From Porphyridium purpureum (Eukaryota): a stretch of DNA of 64,000 bases. The stretch spans positions 1,364,001 to 1,428,000 of the forward strand of contig VRMN01000002.1 in the NCBI GenBank assembly GCA_008690995.1, in the 5' to 3' direction. Shown piece after piece: positions 1-9,667 of the stretch (position 1 is its first letter; the number at the start of each line of letters is the position of its first letter). The notes beneath the pieces were generated by a model. The model saw only the letters and a program-made list of their open reading frames with translations. It ran no database searches and had not been told where the DNA came from. A program made the translations under genes and the position numbers.

Positions 1-304
1 TCGCAGTGAGATGGACGCAGCTGCTCGCGCAATGTGGCGTGCAGCTGCGATTTTATGGGCCGCGTTTCATAGACAGGCGCGCAGCTTTCTCAACAAAAAG
101 GACGCGGTGTGACGTTTGTTCTAGGATTCCGCGCCGATGGACAAGGAGAGGTGGCACCCTGCAGGAGTAACTCGGGAGATAAAGTGGAGAGGGAGAGACG
201 GTGGAAGGCGTCGGGCTGGTTTGTGGATTGGTGGGTGGTCGTCGTGTCGAATTGAGTCGGCGCGGCGTGGAATTGAAGGTTCTGCGTGACAGGTGAGGTT
301 GGAA

Positions 305-820
305 ATGGTGGCGGCGGCGGCGGCGACGGCCATGGGCAGGGCCAAGTCGGGCGTGCGAAAAGCGCTAGGCTTGGCGACTGCCGGGCTCGCCACGCACGCC
401 GCAGTGTCGGCGGCGTGCACGGCCGCTTTCTACGGGATGTTGAAGCAGCACGTGGACGTGGTCTCGCTGCTGTCGCGCCATGGCATCAATGTGTGTACTG
501 AGAATAATATGTACAGCTCCAGCGCGGGCTCCGGGACTCAGGAGTGGGAATTGAGCGAGGACACATACCGTAGCGCGCTTGAAAGCATTACGATGACCAC
601 CAGTGACTCCGCGTGGGCCGAGAAAGCAGAGGACGACGAACCGCCGCTGCCGGACGGGCTTGTGCGGCCCTCCATGGGAGTCTATGGAAACGGGTCCATG
701 GTCGCCATTGCGTACATGTGCTCTCGAGCCGTCTTTGCGTTTCGTGTACCCGTGACCTTGGCGCTCACTCCGGTCGTGCACCGACTGTGGCGTATCGGAA
801 TATCACGAGCTCGCGCATAA
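305..820 (+). CDS. FAM210/DUF1279-like small membrane protein
   Basis: ORF 293..820, first ATG at 305. Hydrophobic N-terminal segment (LATHAAVSAACTAAFY) and C-terminal 'AIAYMCSRAVFAFRVPVTLALTPVV', resembling the DUF1279 'A.AY..hK...P.R...Tl..TP' pattern. Confidence 0.55.
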   Translation: MVAAAAATAMGRAKSGVRKALGLATAGLATHAAVSAACTAAFYGMLKQHVDVVSLLSRHGINVCTENNMYSSSAGSGTQEWELSEDTYRSALESITMTTSDSAWAEKAEDDEPPLPDGLVRPSMGVYGNGSMVAIAYMCSRAVFAFRVPVTLALTPVVHRLWRIGISRARA

Positions 821-936
821 GTTGGTTCGCGAGGCTCCTGCTGTGAATATAGGGAACAAAAGGCGCTGCGTCGCAGCGTCTCATCTTTATTGTGCTTCTT
901 ACGGTCTTCTATGTTGTCGTGTGAATGTAAAGAGAA

Positions 937-1731
937 TCACTCATCGCCTTCTTTAGCTTCTTTCATCTTTTTGTCGGTTAATTCGACGATGCGTTTCTTC
1001 ACACTTTCCTTGACTTTTTCGATTGCATTTTCGTACGCGCGCAGAGTATCACGCCCGACGCCTGGCTTGTCCTTGGCGTTCTTGAGCACCTTGTTGAACC
1101 GCTTGTGCTCGTTGCCCAGAGCGTCCAGCGCGATCTGCTTTGCGGCGGCGATCCGCTTCAGCGCATTGGCGACGGCCTGAGGACCCATGGTCGGGATCGG
1201 TATCAACAGCACGTTGCTGTTCAACGTGTCCTGCACTGGGTTCAGCCCGAGATTTGCTGAACGGATGCCATTTTCTACCGCTTTGAGGGTCTCTGGCATG
1301 TACAAGATGACCTGCAGTGTGCGGCCGTCCTTTTCAAAATATTGAGCAAGCTGGTTCAGTGGTACTGATGTTCCATCCTTGTCCCCACTGGCCTTGCCGT
1401 ACGGATTCTTGATGGTCACCGAATCCAACAGGCTCGCGTCCATCGTGCTACTGGTGTTGATCCCATCTAGCGTCGCTTTCAAGTGGGTCACACACTTTTG
1501 CAGAGTGTGCTCCGCCTCAACCCGATCCATTTCCAATTGCGCTCCCAAGTCTTCTGATTCGCGGTCGGCCTTTTTCTCCTCGGCCTTTTGACTCTTGCGC
1601 GCCTTGTCCCCTTGCTTCTTTTTTGCGCCGCGCCGCTGCATCAACGACCACAGCGGCGCATGATCGGCACCGCGGGTGGCCACGGCAAAGCCGTACCGCG
1701 CGCGCGCCAGCAGCCCTGTCATTCCCTGCAT
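937..1731 (-). CDS. frr: Ribosome recycling factor, probably mitochondrial
   Basis: RRF-like motifs 'LLDSVTI', 'VPLNQLAQ', 'AVENGIRSANLGLNP', 'LIPIP', and a C-terminal helix ending 'DKKMKE'. Arg-rich presequence from ATG 1731. Confidence 0.8.
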   Translation of the reverse strand: MQGMTGLLARARYGFAVATRGADHAPLWSLMQRRGAKKKQGDKARKSQKAEEKKADRESEDLGAQLEMDRVEAEHTLQKCVTHLKATLDGINTSSTMDASLLDSVTIKNPYGKASGDKDGTSVPLNQLAQYFEKDGRTLQVILYMPETLKAVENGIRSANLGLNPVQDTLNSNVLLIPIPTMGPQAVANALKRIAAAKQIALDALGNEHKRFNKVLKNAKDKPGVGRDTLRAYENAIEKVKESVKKRIVELTDKKMKEAKEGDE

Positions 1732-1802
1732 TTTCGACTCCTTCGAAAGCGATTGGCGTCGTCTACAGTGACTGAATGGCAGCACGTCTCCGTGCGTGTT
1801 TA

Positions 1803-2498
1803 CTACTCCCCAAAATATTGCCTCGTCCGGAAGCCCGCACCCACACTGACGGCAAAGGCTTCCACCGCGGCCAAATCAACTACATTGGGTCTATCGACGC
1901 AAGTCACATCAACGGAAATACCGACGGCACGGCACTCGCGCACAAAGTCTTGCACGACCGCGAGTGCGCACACTCCGTCTGTTTGCGTTGTCCCTGGACT
2001 TCTGTCGTAGGTCATGTTCAGCTCGTGGCACGTGCGAACGACCGCTTCGTCCGGCTCCATGATCATTCTGTACGAAAGGTCGTCGTGTCCATTGACAGCT
2101 ACAGACGCACTGCTGATACGGCCAGCCAAGTGCTGACGCACAAGCTTGCGCGGGAACAGCCCGTTGGTTACCAGACGGAAGCTGTATGCCGCTGCGACTG
2201 GCGACGAAAGAAGGTCATCCAGCGGCTTCAGGCAAAGTAAAGGCTCGCCGCCGCCCGCAAGAACCACATTTTTACGATCCCAGGCCTGAAAAGCAGTCGA
2301 GGTCTGTGCGTCCACGAGCGCTGACGCCAATTCGGCGCCTGATGGCTCGTACCCGGGCTCGAGCCACTGGAACGTGTTGCCAAACGCAAACTTTGGGCCG
2401 CGCGAAGCGATGAGTGTAACAGTGGTACTTCGGTTTGTCAAGGCGAAGTATAATTGTGAGCCACCGCGCACCATGTACGCCACTCCATGCGCTATCAT
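1803..2498 (-). CDS. TatD-associated radical SAM-like protein lacking the CxxxCxxC motif
   Basis: Collinear motifs 'LYFALTNR', 'WLEPGYEPS', 'VVLAGGGEPLL', 'RLVTNGL', 'SVAVNG...Y..IMEP', 'VTCVD.P.VDL', 'FRTRQY'. The position of the Cys triad reads STTVTLIA. Confidence 0.7.
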   Translation of the reverse strand: MIAHGVAYMVRGGSQLYFALTNRSTTVTLIASRGPKFAFGNTFQWLEPGYEPSGAELASALVDAQTSTAFQAWDRKNVVLAGGGEPLLCLKPLDDLLSSPVAAAYSFRLVTNGLFPRKLVRQHLAGRISSASVAVNGHDDLSYRMIMEPDEAVVRTCHELNMTYDRSPGTTQTDGVCALAVVQDFVRECRAVGISVDVTCVDRPNVVDLAAVEAFAVSVGAGFRTRQYFGE

Positions 2499-2641
2499 TG
2501 CCCTGCCAAGACGCGCTCAGGCTTTAGAACGCCCTTGATATCGACTAGACGTTATGTCTGCCGGCTGTTGAGCATGCCCAGTGGAAGGATCACTTTTGCG
2601 TGGAGAGGTGCATATACTCGAATGCAACTGGCAAAAGAACG

Positions 2642-3091
2642 ATGCGTGCGAGTACTCGACGGCTGTGCTCTGCAGGACTGGGCGTGATCCGAGCCAGGAC
2701 GGGCGGCGCGGTAACGCACACTGCATCGCGGGAGCGCGTGATTATAGAAAAGTACGGTCGCAACTCGTTTGAGATTTCGGGCGTGGACCTGCGTGGCGCA
2801 GTGCTGGTGTTCCCTTCATTCGCGCTGCTCTGGAACGTGCGCACTGCCGCAGAAATTGTGCCGGGCGCCTTTGTCGCCTTGACCACTCTCAACCCGCGCC
2901 CGGACTTGCTTCTGCTAGGGCTCGGAGACCAAGGCACCGCCGCGCTTCCAAGGCAGGCGCTGCATGCGCTGCAGCTCACCGGCATTCCGTTCGAGGTCAG
3001 CGATACTCCCAGCTCGCTCAACACCTTTAACGTGCTCAACGCAGAGTCCCGGCTCGTGTGCGCCGCGCTCTTGCCCGTTCAGACCTTGTGA
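2642..3091 (+). CDS. NDUFAF3: Mth938/DUF498 domain protein (NDUFAF3-like complex I assembly factor)
   Basis: 'IEKYG..SFEISG', 'GAVLVFP..ALLWNV', 'PRPDLLLLGLG', 'GIPFEVSDT..S..TFNVLNAESRLVCAALLP'. Arg-rich presequence from ATG 2642. Confidence 0.85.
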   Translation: MRASTRRLCSAGLGVIRARTGGAVTHTASRERVIIEKYGRNSFEISGVDLRGAVLVFPSFALLWNVRTAAEIVPGAFVALTTLNPRPDLLLLGLGDQGTAALPRQALHALQLTGIPFEVSDTPSSLNTFNVLNAESRLVCAALLPVQTL

Positions 3092-3119
3092 GCGGGGGTT
3101 GAGGACGAAGAGACACGAC

Positions 3120-5444
3120 ATGAGGCCGGGTGGCTTGGTCACTTGTGCGGCATCTGCTGCGGCCGCGACGGTTCTCAGCGCGTCGAGAGGAACAGGGTCG
3201 CCAACACCGGCAGGCGCTAGTAACCTCAGCCAGGGCGCAGATTTCGCGGTAAGTGGGCCCGCCGCGCCCGACGCTGCAAGTGAAGCTCAGTCTGGCACTT
3301 CGTCACCACATCCACCGAAGGGACGGTTCAGGCGGAATGTGTTTCGAGGGCTGGCGGTACTCGGCGGTGGCATCGTGCTCGCGATAGCGGCACTGAAGCT
3401 GGAGTCCATTCGCAGGGACCGATTCGGACGTGCGGACTCGACACCGCCGCCGGCGCTGGAGGAACTTCCGTCGCGATCGCGACAGCTTTCCGCGATCAGA
3501 TCGGGTTCATCATCGGACCCGTTCGATTTAATTGTGCTTGGATCAGGTGCCACAGCATGCGGCGTGGCACTGGAGGCCGCGCTACGTGGGCTGCGTGTGG
3601 TGCTTGCTTGTCCGGCTGATTTCGCATCTGGCTCGGCTGCTGCACCTGGCCTGCTCCGCGGCGGCCTTCGAAACATTGAAAGTGCGTTCTTTGAGCGCCG
3701 TGTACCCACACAACTGCCAGACGCGGTGCGGAGTGTGCGCGAACGAGCCTTGATTTCAGCAAACGCGTCGTACTTGCTTTCGCCGGCGCCGGCCTACCTG
3801 GCATGCACAAAATTTTGGGAAGTGCCTCTGTACTTTGTCGGTATCAAGGCCTACTCGGCACTTGAATGGGCGGCAAGCGTCCGGCGCCCTTTCACGTCTG
3901 CGCATTGGGTTCCTCTGGCGCAGCTTGCGTCGCAATACCCGATGCTCAAAATGGACAGGGGCAAAGACCAGGCGAACATCAAGGGCGCAATCGCCTTTCA
4001 CGAAATGGTTTTGGACGAGGCTCGCTTTGTGCTGGCGCTCGCCATGAGCGCGGCGTCCTATGGCGCACTTGTTGCCAATCATCTCGAGCCAGTGCTCTTT
4101 CTAAAGTCGGAGCCAGAGTCTGTCCCGGAGAGCGAGGAATCTGGCCCGCAGCGAATCGTCGGCGTGCGTGTCCGCGATGCTCTCAGCGGAGAAGAATTTG
4201 ACTTGAAAGCGCATAGCGTGATCAACGCAGGGGATGCTTTATGTGACCAGATTCGCGCCATGGACGACCCGGACTCACCGAAAATGAGTCGCGTGGATCT
4301 CGAAACAAACATTGCTCTTCCAAGATCCCTCTTTTCCCCGGATACGTCACCATCATGTCTCTTCTTTCCAGGCAGTTCCGAGCCGGCGAACACATACATG
4401 ATCACTAATGGCGAGTTTACGTGGTTGGGCGCTGGTGACGCCGAGCTGAAACTGAAGAAGCGTGACATCCAAGTCGCCGGAAGTGACCTGAGAAACTACA
4501 TATCTCAACTGGAATCCGTGGCTCCGCAGTCGGAAGCTGAAACTGCTCTAGAGGTGGCGCGTGATTTGACCGGTGCGTTTATCCGCCCCGTAGACCTGCG
4601 CGCCGGCTGGTCACATCTCCGCGCCATTCCTCGAGACCCAGTCTCGGTTGAGACGGACAAGAAGGACAGAGAAAAATCTGCAGCAGAGGCCAGAGCTGTT
4701 GCTGATACTCTCGCCGCCGCTCAAAGTGACGAAGCAGCGGCGTCAGAGACGGTGAAGGACGATGCAGCGACCAAAGCTGGCTCTGAGCCTCCTGCCGCGA
4801 CCCCTGAGTCACGACCGCCGCCAAAGAAGAAACAGAAGCGCAAAGAGCATAGAGTGGCATTTGCGACCGAGCAGTCGAGCTCTGGTCTGACATCTGTGGT
4901 TGCGTCGCGCCTTGTGTGGTATCGACAGGCAGCGAATGCCGCGCTGGTGCAAGCAATCTCCTTTTCTCCGAAAGGCGCACGTCAAATCGAGTCTGGAGGT
5001 GAGGAGCTCTCGGCGCATTGCGAGCTGTTTGGATCGCATAACTGGAACGCGTCTTATTTTGTCTTCTTGATGCAGACTTACAGTACGGCTTGCGCGGACG
5101 TAGCGACGGCACGTCACCTGGCGCGCACGTACGGTGACCAGGCGTGGCGGCCCGCCGCGATCGCTGAGCATAGCAAGGACAAGGCGCTCGCAGCACGACT
5201 AATCCCAGGCTCATCTCACCCAATGCTGGAGGCTGAAGTGATATATTGCGCCAGGCACGAAATGTGCAGCACTGTACTCGACTTTCTGCTTCATCGGAGC
5301 CCGCTCGCACGTGTTGACATGAGTGCGGCCGTCGCAGCTGCTCCACGCGTCGCGCAGCTTCTAGGCAGCGAACTTGGCTGGACGACGCAGCGCATCGTTG
5401 ATGAGACCCGCACTGCGCAATCGTTCTTCTCGCCGCCTCCATGA
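3120..5444 (+). CDS. FAD-dependent glycerol-3-phosphate dehydrogenase (GPD2/SDP6)-like protein, divergent
   Basis: TM segment, then 'FDLIVLGSGATACGVALEAALRGLRV', 'DFASG', 'A..YGA.VANH', 'VINAG...DQIRAMDD', and the C-terminal 'LEAEV.Y.ARHE...VLDFL.HRS.LA' DAO_C domain. ATG at 3120. Confidence 0.8.
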   Translation: MRPGGLVTCAASAAAATVLSASRGTGSPTPAGASNLSQGADFAVSGPAAPDAASEAQSGTSSPHPPKGRFRRNVFRGLAVLGGGIVLAIAALKLESIRRDRFGRADSTPPPALEELPSRSRQLSAIRSGSSSDPFDLIVLGSGATACGVALEAALRGLRVVLACPADFASGSAAAPGLLRGGLRNIESAFFERRVPTQLPDAVRSVRERALISANASYLLSPAPAYLACTKFWEVPLYFVGIKAYSALEWAASVRRPFTSAHWVPLAQLASQYPMLKMDRGKDQANIKGAIAFHEMVLDEARFVLALAMSAASYGALVANHLEPVLFLKSEPESVPESEESGPQRIVGVRVRDALSGEEFDLKAHSVINAGDALCDQIRAMDDPDSPKMSRVDLETNIALPRSLFSPDTSPSCLFFPGSSEPANTYMITNGEFTWLGAGDAELKLKKRDIQVAGSDLRNYISQLESVAPQSEAETALEVARDLTGAFIRPVDLRAGWSHLRAIPRDPVSVETDKKDREKSAAEARAVADTLAAAQSDEAAASETVKDDAATKAGSEPPAATPESRPPPKKKQKRKEHRVAFATEQSSSGLTSVVASRLVWYRQAANAALVQAISFSPKGARQIESGGEELSAHCELFGSHNWNASYFVFLMQTYSTACADVATARHLARTYGDQAWRPAAIAEHSKDKALAARLIPGSSHPMLEAEVIYCARHEMCSTVLDFLLHRSPLARVDMSAAVAAAPRVAQLLGSELGWTTQRIVDETRTAQSFFSPPP

Positions 5445-5573
5445 TATCCGATTCCACATTCGTTTCCTTCTGGCACGTGACCAGACCCACAGATGCATCG
5501 GTGCATGTGAAACTCTATTTCGTGACATGTCACTCCATCGGGCATTCGGGGGAAAGGCATTCTTGCACACATC

Positions 5574-6626
5574 ATGATGACCAGCGACAATAAAAGCCAT
5601 CGCTCAATGGATGAAAGCGTGTGCGCGCAGCTGCTGGCTGAGCTGCACGTCGAGTCGCTTCTGCGGCTTGAGGCGTCGTCCGAGTCGTACTTGCAGTTCC
5701 TCCTGGAGCACAAGAAGATGAGCGCGATGTACTGGGCGCTGACGTCGCTCGCGCTGCTGCGTTCGCTGCACACGCTGGCGGACCGCGGGGCCGTGCTTGC
5801 ATTTATCAAGGGCTGCGAGCGCGAGACTACCAGCGCAGGTGAGGACAAAACCAATAGAAGCCAGATCGCGCCTGCGCTCGGCTACGCGGGGAACGTGGAC
5901 CAAGACGCTCATCTGCTTTACACGCTCTCGGCTGTGCAGTGTCTGGCAGTGCTGGGTGAGTTTGTTCTCATAGAGGCTCAGGCTGATCGCATCGCGGCGT
6001 ACGTGCGGTCCTTGCAAAACGCCGACGGCTCATTCTGCGGCGACGCGTACGGCGAGGTTGACACGCGTTTCAGCTATGCGGCACTGTTGACGCTTCAGCT
6101 GATCCGGCGCACGGACGCTGTGGATGTTGAGGCGGCAGTAAACTATGTGCTGAGCTGTCGCAACTTTGATGGTGGATTCGGGTGCATTCCGTTTGCCGAG
6201 TCGCATGCGGGACAAGTCTTCTGCTGCGTTGGCGCCCTTAAGCTGGCCGGCGCGCTTGACCGCGTGGACCAAACCACGCTGGGCTGGTGGCTGTGCCAGC
6301 GACAGTTGCCAAACGGCGGACTCAACGGGCGACCGGACAAGAAGGAGGACGTGTGCTACTCGTGGTGGGTGTTGTCATCGCTGTCCATGCTCGACAAGCA
6401 GCACTGGATCGACGCGAACGCGCTCGGAGCGTTCATTATGCGCGCACAGGATGACGAGTACGGCGGCATCGCCGACCGCCCAGGCGACCGCGCCGACGTG
6501 TTCCACACGTTTTTCGGGCTCGCTGGTTTGTCTTTACTGGGCCATCCGAGTCTCGAACACATCCATCCAATGTACGCTCTCCCCTGCAGCGTGATTCGCC
6601 AGCTGAATTTTAGCGAATCGGCGTAG
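5574..6626 (+). CDS. RABGGTB: Rab geranylgeranyltransferase (type II) beta subunit
   Basis: 'EVDTRFSY', 'NFDGGFG..P.AESHAGQVFCCVGAL', 'WWLCQRQLPNGGLNGRPDKKEDVCYSWWVLSSL', 'DRPGDRADVFHTFFGLAGLSLLG'. Confidence 0.96.
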   Translation: MMTSDNKSHRSMDESVCAQLLAELHVESLLRLEASSESYLQFLLEHKKMSAMYWALTSLALLRSLHTLADRGAVLAFIKGCERETTSAGEDKTNRSQIAPALGYAGNVDQDAHLLYTLSAVQCLAVLGEFVLIEAQADRIAAYVRSLQNADGSFCGDAYGEVDTRFSYAALLTLQLIRRTDAVDVEAAVNYVLSCRNFDGGFGCIPFAESHAGQVFCCVGALKLAGALDRVDQTTLGWWLCQRQLPNGGLNGRPDKKEDVCYSWWVLSSLSMLDKQHWIDANALGAFIMRAQDDEYGGIADRPGDRADVFHTFFGLAGLSLLGHPSLEHIHPMYALPCSVIRQLNFSESA

Positions 6627-6721
6627 CGCCGAAGACGAATTGTGGCGGATTGTGGACCAAGCAGACGAGAACAGACAGAAAGAAGGGGGAGGATCCGGGG
6701 CATTGGATCCCGCGAAGAGAC

Positions 6722-8173
6722 ATGATAGCGGGGCTGGCTTCCGCTGCGTTTGCGGCGAGGTCAGGAAGCGCATCCGGAATGTTGCTCGGTGGGGTATTGC
6801 GGTCAGCGCGCGGACCGCAGCCCGCATGGCGGATGTCCATGCACATGGCGTGGCTCCGCCCTACCACCAGCCGCAGGGAGTATCAAGTGCTGGTGTTAAA
6901 CGCCGGGTCGTCCTCGCTCAAATTTGCACTGTTTTCCGGCGTGCCGGTGGAGAAGGGCGAGAAACCTTGTCTGAATGTTTGGCTGCAAGGGATTGTGGAG
7001 CGGATTGGAGATCCGCACCACAAAGGCAAGATCTCGCACGGCGTGGCGGCTGGTGACACGATTATCAAGCTCGATGAGCTTGATAGTGAAATGATCGAGA
7101 ACCACCATGTTGCGCTAGACAGGGTGCTCGAGCTGATTCGGGACGAGGGCATCGAGCCGCATCAGGTGAAGGCGGTTGGCCATCGCGTGGTGCATGGAGG
7201 CGACACACTCACCTCGTCGTGCCTCATTACCGACACAGTTGAGAAGCGTATTGAGGAAGCGTGTCAGCTTGCACCCTTGCACAATCCAAAGAACCTGGAA
7301 GGCATCAGAATTGCTAAAAAGGTATTCAACCAGCTAGACACGAAGCACGTCGCCGTGTTCGATACTGCGTTTCACGCCTCAATGCCTCCGGAAGCGTTTC
7401 TGTACGCGTTGCCGATCGAGTGGTACGAGAAATATCGCGTGCGCAAGTATGGCATGCATGGTACAAGCTATGCTTATATTCTGTCAGAGCTCGAGCCAAT
7501 CCTAGACAAGCACAGCTGCGACGTGAACGCTATCATTTGCCATTTGGGCGCGGGCTCGTCTATGGCATGTGTCAAGGAAGGTAAGTGTATTGATACGACG
7601 ATGGGCATGACGCCCCTGGAAGGGCTTGTTATGGCTACGCGTTGCGGCGACCTGGACGCTGGCATACTGCCGTACATTGCCTCCCGAACGGGTCTGGGTC
7701 TAGACAAAATCGAAGAGATGCTGAACAAGAATTCTGGGCTCCTGGGACTTTGTGGTGAGGCGGACCTTCGCTACGTACTTGAGCGCGTTGACGCGGGCGA
7801 TAAAAATGCCGTGAATGCCTACCATGCGCTGGTGCACCGTATTCGCAAGTACCTGGGCGCCTACGTATTCAATTTGGAGGGTCAATTGGACGCAGTTGTA
7901 TTCACTGCCGGTATGGGCCAGCACTCGGCGCGCCTGCGGCGAGACGTACTCGCAGGGTTGGATAAGCTTGGCCTCTCCATTGACGACGACAAGAATGAGA
8001 ATGGAGAAGTAGGTGGATTTCACGACATGCTCGAGATTCATAGCGACAACGCGGCGTGCAAGATCTTGGCAATGATGACGAAGGAGGAGCTCCAAATTGC
8101 GCGTGAATGTGCGCTCGTGGCTGGAATAGAGGACCTGCGTGTGCCGCAACTGGGAGCTCCCGAGCTGCACTGA
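6722..8173 (+). CDS. ackA: Acetate kinase with N-terminal organellar (probably mitochondrial) presequence
   Basis: 'VLVLNAGSSSLKF', 'VGHRVVHGG', 'LAPLHNP', 'VAVFDTAFH', 'KYGMHGTSY', 'CHLGAGSS', 'DTTMGMTPLEGLVMATRCGDLD', 'TKEELQIA'. First ATG at 6722. Confidence 0.96.
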   Translation: MIAGLASAAFAARSGSASGMLLGGVLRSARGPQPAWRMSMHMAWLRPTTSRREYQVLVLNAGSSSLKFALFSGVPVEKGEKPCLNVWLQGIVERIGDPHHKGKISHGVAAGDTIIKLDELDSEMIENHHVALDRVLELIRDEGIEPHQVKAVGHRVVHGGDTLTSSCLITDTVEKRIEEACQLAPLHNPKNLEGIRIAKKVFNQLDTKHVAVFDTAFHASMPPEAFLYALPIEWYEKYRVRKYGMHGTSYAYILSELEPILDKHSCDVNAIICHLGAGSSMACVKEGKCIDTTMGMTPLEGLVMATRCGDLDAGILPYIASRTGLGLDKIEEMLNKNSGLLGLCGEADLRYVLERVDAGDKNAVNAYHALVHRIRKYLGAYVFNLEGQLDAVVFTAGMGQHSARLRRDVLAGLDKLGLSIDDDKNENGEVGGFHDMLEIHSDNAACKILAMMTKEELQIARECALVAGIEDLRVPQLGAPELH

Positions 8174-8492
8174 GTACATGCGCTGAGCGCGAATATTGAA
8201 TGAGTGCTTGTATTGAGCAACAGACCGTGATATTATCTACGGTGAAAGAAAGAGAGAACGAAGCGCATCATATCCTCGCTCCTGACGAACCCACAAGCTT
8301 GCGTAGACAACGTCCGTGCTAAAATAAGGAAAGCGCGTGACGGCGAAAAAGCCACTTTCGTGATCGCTTGGTCAAGGAGACAACGAGAAGGCACACTCTG
8401 CGGTCAGGAACCAAGCCAGACTCTCGCAGGACGCCTTTCTAGCAGACGCTTAAAGGCCTTTTCAGCTAGGCTCTCACCAACCCAAGATTACG

Positions 8493-8948
8493 TTACGAGC
8501 CGACACGATTGTACTTATCTACGATTTTGATGAGGTGCGCGTCCCACGGTTCGGACTTGATGGGCATATCGATTTCATAAAACGGGTTCTTGAGCACATA
8601 ATCGGTGTACGATATGTACGCTTCCTTGAGAAAGTCCGCCATCCGGTCATGTGCGCCGGCCGCTGGCGCGGTCGCTGGGTTGGCGTCGCACGTCACGAAC
8701 ATTTCGACACCTGTGGCTGCAATCATGGCATACAGCCTGAACGTAGTGGCCTCCATACGCGCAATACCGCCACACTCACGCGCGTTGCTCACGGGCGACA
8801 GCTCGCGCACCAGCAGTTGCATGCTGTGGAATGTCGACGCCAAGTGTATGTAATCATTCTGCGTCAACCGCGGTGCGCGATCAGAATACGATCGCTGCAT
8901 GATCAATCCGCCCGCCTTGTTCAGAACAAAGAACGACTGCACCCCCAT
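8493..8948 (-). CDS. TRAPPC4: TRAPP complex subunit 4 (Trs23, sybindin family)
   Basis: 'FFVLNKAGGLI', 'NDYIHLASTFHSM', 'LSP', 'YTDYVLKNPFYEIDMPIK'. ATG at 8948. Confidence 0.93.
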   Translation of the reverse strand: MGVQSFFVLNKAGGLIMQRSYSDRAPRLTQNDYIHLASTFHSMQLLVRELSPVSNARECGGIARMEATTFRLYAMIAATGVEMFVTCDANPATAPAAGAHDRMADFLKEAYISYTDYVLKNPFYEIDMPIKSEPWDAHLIKIVDKYNRVGS

Positions 8949-9667
8949 GCCTTCATCCGCTGCATCACGAATTCTTCCTGCGAAGACGAATGTGGCGCAG
9001 GTCCTCGTTCTCGCGCCTGCGTTTTCACGTGCCGCATTTACGCCGAGAAACAAAACAGTGGAGGCCTTTTTGTCTGCGCGTCTTTCAGAGAGGATCTCTG
9101 GCGTGCTACGTTAATGATCGCATGTCTGTGCCTTCTGCGCCCATGTGATGAACATCAGAGGTGCGCCTCAAGCGTGGTCTCGCTCCCTGATCCATGAAGC
9201 TGTTTACTGACGGCATGTGGCCGCTACGAAACGGTGGCTCACTGCCTGGCGAAAGGCCGCACAAACATTCAAAATAGTCGAGAGTAAGCTCTTGATGAAG
9301 TACAATGTTATCTTCTTCGCATGTTGGCGCGCCATGATCATAGCCGTCATGCAGCAAGTCCGGCCTGGTCAAACGTTTTCAGAACACTGGCACACATCGG
9401 TTACGATCCGGCGGTTGTTACTCCAAATGCCGCCATGATGCCGCAGGAATGCTTGTCTCCCAAGACATTCTAAATGCCCGCCGAGCCGGAAACAGCATTG
9501 CTCATCGAATAAAGGTCTTGAGCATATCGCCAGCAACACTCGCGCACGAATCTTCTGAACATGGTCTCGAGAAGAAAGGAGCCGTTGCTGGCTCAGAAGC
9601 GCCTTCTTAATGAAAATCAGATGGACGTGAAAATATGTTATGATGACAAGTCGCTGTGCAAAGGATC

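Noticed and set aside
1803..2498. Radical SAM-like ORF as HydE/HydG partner of HydF
   Set aside because: Too short, lacks CxxxCxxC and the BioB/ThiH-type C-terminal domain. Motifs match a different family.
4579..5490. 303-aa antisense ORF, and the many other 60-385 aa overlapping ORFs (e.g. 20594..21751, 55838..56746)
   Set aside because: Shadow ORFs of GC-rich coding sequence on the opposite strand or frame, with no domain signatures.
9145..9210. Possible C/D box snoRNA (GTGATGA at 9145, CTGA at 9187 and 9207) in the TRAPPC4-SLU7 spacer
   Set aside because: No convincing terminal stem, and no rRNA-complementary guide I could identify. Short boxes arise by chance. Would need snoscan/Infernal.
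9106..9438. Short ORFs between TRAPPC4 and SLU7
   Set aside because: Non-ATG starts, under 90 aa, no recognisable motifs.
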